A DNA stretch of 40,520 nucleotides from an uncultured cyanobacterium (GTDB lineage: Bacteria; Cyanobacteriota; Cyanobacteriia; PCC-6307; Cyanobiaceae): contig CAVONQ010000017.1 of the NCBI GenBank assembly GCA_963697335.1, positions 1-40,520 on the forward strand. Direction: 5' to 3'. Shown piece after piece: positions 39,501 through 40,520 of the stretch. The notes beneath the pieces were generated by a model. That model was not told the DNA's origin. It ran no database searches and was given only the letters and a program-made list of their open reading frames with translations. Each line of letters begins with the position of its first letter. The first letter of the stretch is position 1. Both the position numbers and the translations under genes were made by a program.

Positions 39501-39926
39501 TCAAACCGCCAACCCCATCCCCTGCATCCACCCCGCCGGTATCGCACGCTCCAGCCGCCAGCGGATCGCCATCGGCCGCTCCCCCTCATGGCTCTCGTAG
39601 CGGGCAAACCCCAGACACCGAAACGGCTCGGTGACACCACCCTGCCTGCGGTGCTCCCGCACGTAGCCGAAGGCTTCTGCGAAGCAGTACAGCAGCACCC
39701 GCGAACCTCGCGCCTCATGGTGGATGGTGCGCTGACTGGTGGGGTCGGCGGCGGTGGTGCTGCTCTGGCTCCCCCAGTGGAACAGCGAGGGGCCGAGGGC
39801 CAGGTCGCGGGTGCGGGTGGAGGGGGAGAAGAGGGCTTCGCTCTTGTTGAGGGTCACGAACAGCAGGTCGGTGTGGCTGGCTTCGTGCCAGAGGACGCCT
39901 TCGCGGTGGATCCAGGGGGCGTCGTC
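39501..39926 (-). repeat. R5: DUF3427 gene 3'-tail repeat
   Basis: DDAPWIHREGV through WMQGMGLAV* in one open frame, with a 24-nt insert and a 12-nt deletion. Same 5' junction as R1. Confidence 0.93.
39663..39689. mobile_element. small double-hairpin insert (+24 nt) at site B of R5
   Basis: gtagccgaaggcttctgcgaagcagta, flanked by GTA direct repeats. Encodes YCFAEAFGY. Confidence 0.75.
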
Positions 39927-39975
39927 TGTGAAGCTGACGAAACCGCCAGACTTCTGGGCAGAACTGGTCCAGTCT

Positions 39976-40155
39976 TCAACCCGCACCGAGGCTGGCGAGA
40001 ATCTTGCGGGCCAGAGGTTCTTTGATTTCGTTGTGTCTGGGGATGGCTTCCTTGACTCCAGTGGCTGGGTTGATCCAGATGGAGTGTGAAGCTCCTTCCC
40101 GTTTCAGGACACATCCAGCCATGCGAAGACGCCGTTCCAGATCGCGGCGTTTCAT
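39976..40155 (-). CDS. HicA-family toxin (59 aa, absent from the ORF track)
   Basis: Hand translation MKRRDLERRLRMAGCVLKREGASHSIWINPATGVKEAIPRHNEIKEPLARKILASLGAG*. ATGA overlap with the hicB-like stop. Confidence 0.88.
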   Translation of the reverse strand: MKRRDLERRLRMAGCVLKREGASHSIWINPATGVKEAIPRHNEIKEPLARKILASLGAG

Positions 40156-40370
40156 CCGATCTGCAGGGGCATGCGCACGGCATCAGGTGGCAGGCCACGG
40201 CTGATGTCAGCCGCACGATCCTCAAGGAGAAGCTCAATGGCGGCCTGCAGATCCTTTCTTGCTTCCTCCATGGTTTCTCCCTGACCGTTCGCGCCGGGAA
40301 GTTCCAGGCAGATCGCCCAGAAGCCACCCTCTGGAGCTGGCTCAATCACGGCAGTCAGTTCTCCCTTCAT
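40152..40370 (-). CDS. HicB-family antitoxin
   Basis: LTAVIEPAPEGGFWAICLELPGANGQGETMEEARKDLQAAIELLL. Confidence 0.9.
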   Translation of the reverse strand: MKGELTAVIEPAPEGGFWAICLELPGANGQGETMEEARKDLQAAIELLLEDRAADISRGLPPDAVRMPLQIG

Positions 40371-40471
40371 CAAACCCGCCTCGGTTACACATTCCAATCA
40401 GTTTAGGTACAACGAAGAGTGGCAGTAGCCATGGAGGTGACCAGGCGCCCTCTCCTGACGCGGAGCCCCCC

Positions 40472-40520
40472 TCAAACCGCCAACCCCATCCCATGCATCC
40501 ACGCCGCCGGTATCGCCCGC
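40472..40520 (-). repeat. R6: DUF3427 3' end cut by the window edge (another repeat or the intact parent gene)
   Basis: tcaaaccgccaaccccatcccatgcatccacgccgccggtatcgcccgc encodes RAIPAAWMHGMGLAV*. Confidence 0.9.

Noticed and set aside
33904..40520. Diversity-generating retroelement (TR/VR pairs)
   Set aside because: No reverse transcriptase is in the window. Differences between copies are not confined to adenines and include many indels and synonymous changes.
33904..40520. Classical integron with attC sites, or a CRISPR array
   Set aside because: The repeats are 0.4-0.8 kb of protein-coding sequence without RYYYAAC...GTTRRRY palindromic structure. The spacers are whole genes, and no intI or cas gene is visible.

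Overview
High-GC picocyanobacterial (Cyanobium/Synechococcus-like) chromosomal window; the taxon is inferred from gene content such as PAM68, DUF1350, DUF1816, DUF3288 and an unsplit dnaE. Bases 1-25.5 kb are ordinary core genome: acs, a peroxiredoxin, tRNA-Pro(GGG), msrA, an ABC transporter, trpD, carA, Mini-III, rlmB, gatA, dnaE, rpsO, ruvA and dnaG. An accessory region starts right after dnaG, with an arylsulfatase remnant, two P-type ATPases, a divergent HPPD-like protein and an IS481 scrap. From about 33.3 kb to the window end lies the main oddity. Six direct repeats (R1-R6, minus strand, plus an older degenerate R0 at 30.1 kb) are each the 3' tail of a DUF3427 gene of the helicase-associated, SauUSI-like type. 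R1-R6 all end at the gene's stop codon but begin at different points. Every interval holds a toxin-antitoxin pair: HicBA, DUF433-DUF5615 (twice), antitoxin-Doc plus a decayed MNT-HEPN, MNT-HEPN and HicBA. The layout resembles an integron-like or orphan-cassette array that uses a protein-coding gene tail in place of attC sites. Four repeats also carry a 24-25 nt double-mini-hairpin insert at two different sites. The presumed intact parent gene lies beyond the right edge and cannot be seen. Family assignments come from motif recognition only; no database searches were run.
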